A stretch of DNA of 62,674 nt, filler included. It is 7 parts of 7 records of this genome, joined end to end, with 100 filler letters (N's around TTAATTAATTAA, not from the genome) between each part and the next. Parts side by side here need not be neighbours in the genome. Positions count along the whole stretch, not along the records: positions 57,540 to 62,674 come from SRR31147125_6185; 6 more parts are not named here. The stretch is one strand, 5' to 3'. The notes beneath the pieces are model-generated. The model had not been told where the DNA came from, did not search any database, and was given only the letters and a program-made list of their open reading frames with translations. Below, piece after piece: positions 61,254-62,674 of this stretch. The stretch's first letter is position 1. Each line of letters opens with the position of its first letter. A program made the position numbers and the translations under genes.

Positions 61254-62209
61254 ATGAAAAAAGTATTTTTTTCTTTAATATTTATTTTGATTTTTGTATT
61301 GTCAATTCTATCATATGATTTCTATAACTCTATATATGTGGAAAAGATACGATTTAAATCAGAGTTAAATATTAATAAAGGAGATAGTTTAGCAAGGATA
61401 TTTGGTAAACTTAACTTACCATATGATTATAAGATTAGGCTATATTTGAGAATAAATGATATTTCAAAAAATATTAAAGCAGGAACATTTGAATTAAATG
61501 AGAATTTAACTATAGAGGAGCTTTTAATCAAACTTCAAACTAATTCTCAGAAATATATAAAAGTTACAATACCAGAGGGATATACACTAAAACAGATAAA
61601 AAAGTTCTCTTAGAGAATGAACTAATAGATATTGAGAAGTTTAATAAAGCCCTAAATCAGAAAAGGAAATTTTATTACTTGATGCCTAACGGAAATTTTG
61701 AAGGTTTTTTCTATCCAGATACATATTTTTTTACAGATTCACAATCTGAGTCAGAGATTATAGATATGTTTTTGAATAAATTTTTAGAGGTATTTCCTAA
61801 AGAAAACTACTCAGATAAAGAGGAGTTTTACGAAAAATTAATATTAGCTTCTATTATTGAGAAGGAAGCAGCAAATGACGGAGAAAAGGAACTTATTTCA
61901 TCTGTTTTCCACAATAGACTAGCAATAGATATGAAACTACAATCAGACGCAACACTAGCTTTTTTATTTGATTATGAAAGAAGGAAGTTTTATTATAAAG
62001 ATTTAGAGATTGATTCTCCCTTTAACTCATATAAATATAAAGGGCTTCCACCTATACCAATTTGTAGTCCGGGAAAAATTTCTGTAGAAGCAAGCTTTCA
62101 GCCTGCTGAAACGAAATATCTATACTTTGTAATATCAAAAGAGAGTGATAAACATATCTTTTCTAAAACGTATCAAGAGCATCTTAGAAACAAAAATAAA
62201 ATTAAATAA
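61254..62209 (+). CDS. mltG: Endolytic transglycosylase MltG (frameshift at ~61600)
   Basis: N-terminal TM, IKAG.F, VTIPEG.T..QI, EG..YPDTY, LASIIEKE, SVF.NRL..M.LQSD.T, SP.N.Y...GLPP.PI.SPG. One more A at 61598-61603 joins the ORFs. Confidence 0.92.
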
Positions 62210-62247
62210 AAATATAAAGTAACACAAAAAGTAAGGAGCAGATAACT

Positions 62248-62674
62248 ATGTTGAAAATTGAAATGACAGATAAGGAATTCCATACATTTAGAGACTATAT
62301 CTATGATAAGAGTGGGATTAATTATACAATTAATAAAAAAACAATATTGCAAAACAGAATTAGAAGAAGATTAAGAGATTTAGGTTTAGAATCATATTCT
62401 GATTATTATAGAATGATCGAAAGAAAACTAATGAATGACCCTGAAGTTATTAAGTTTTTTGATGAAGTTACAACTAATGAAACTTCTTTTTTCAGACACG
62501 AAAAACAGTTCAAAGCTCTAGAAGGAATGATTGTTCCTGAAATAATGGATTCAAGAAGAATTAGTACTATTAACGTATGGAGTGCAGCTGCTTCAATGGG
62601 AAAAGAAGCATATACAATTGCAATGGTTCTTAATGAAATGCCAGCTCTAAGAGGAAAAACAATTAAAATATTAG
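62248..62674 (+). CDS. cheR: Chemotaxis methyltransferase CheR, 3' truncated (not in the ORF track)
   Basis: SD AAGGAG; F..FRD.IY..SGI..K...L..RI.RR, TTNETSFFRH..QF, VWSAAASMGKEAYTIAM. Confidence 0.9.
   Translation, partial: MLKIEMTDKEFHTFRDYIYDKSGINYTINKKTILQNRIRRRLRDLGLESYSDYYRMIERKLMNDPEVIKFFDEVTTNETSFFRHEKQFKALEGMIVPEIMDSRRISTINVWSAAASMGKEAYTIAMVLNEMPALRGKTIKIL

Noticed and set aside
1-62674. CRISPR array, rRNA, intact transposase or integrase
   Set aside because: No regularly spaced repeats, rRNA-like sequence or DDE/tyrosine recombinase motifs were seen.

Overview
The window joins seven unrelated contigs with identical 100-nt padding spacers (N44-TTAATTAATTAA-N44), so adjacency across spacers is meaningless. 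(1) 1-19684, FCB-group-like diderm: GWxTD protein, TonB-dependent receptor / CTD-bearing protein / PorV-like barrel triad, then a pectin-type locus (two GH28-like enzymes, DUF3604/PHP, unassigned GH-like protein, URO-D-family protein, serine hydrolase, 2-hydroxyacid dehydrogenase). (2) 19785-28241: divergent Hsp70-like gene coupled to a thermonuclease beside tRNA-Ser(TGA), OleD-like SDR, PAS-only protein, exported acetolactate decarboxylase and BASS transporter. (3) 28342-33427: compact co-oriented defence cassette of a catalytically inactive prokaryotic Argonaute (MID-PIWI, 5' end off-contig) followed by Hachiman-like HamA nuclease and HamB Ski2-like helicase; this is the best candidate for a new or composite system. 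(4) 33528-40142: Met-synthase-like gene with LysR and two MetR/MtaR-type boxes, permeases with MarR, AraC. (5) 40243-47203: Bacteroidetes-like lplA, TBDR, dtd, mazG-like, deoC. (6) 47304-57439: clostridial pyk and yqfC-yqfD-phoH-ybeY-dgkA-cdd-era-yqzL-recO. (7) 57540-62674: SBP, divergent macrodomain, a long G-U-rich hairpin, stand-alone SRA-like domain coupled to sfsA, mltG, cheR. About ten genes carry single frameshifts, mostly at homopolymers, probably sequencing errors. All family calls are by eye from motifs; no searches were run.
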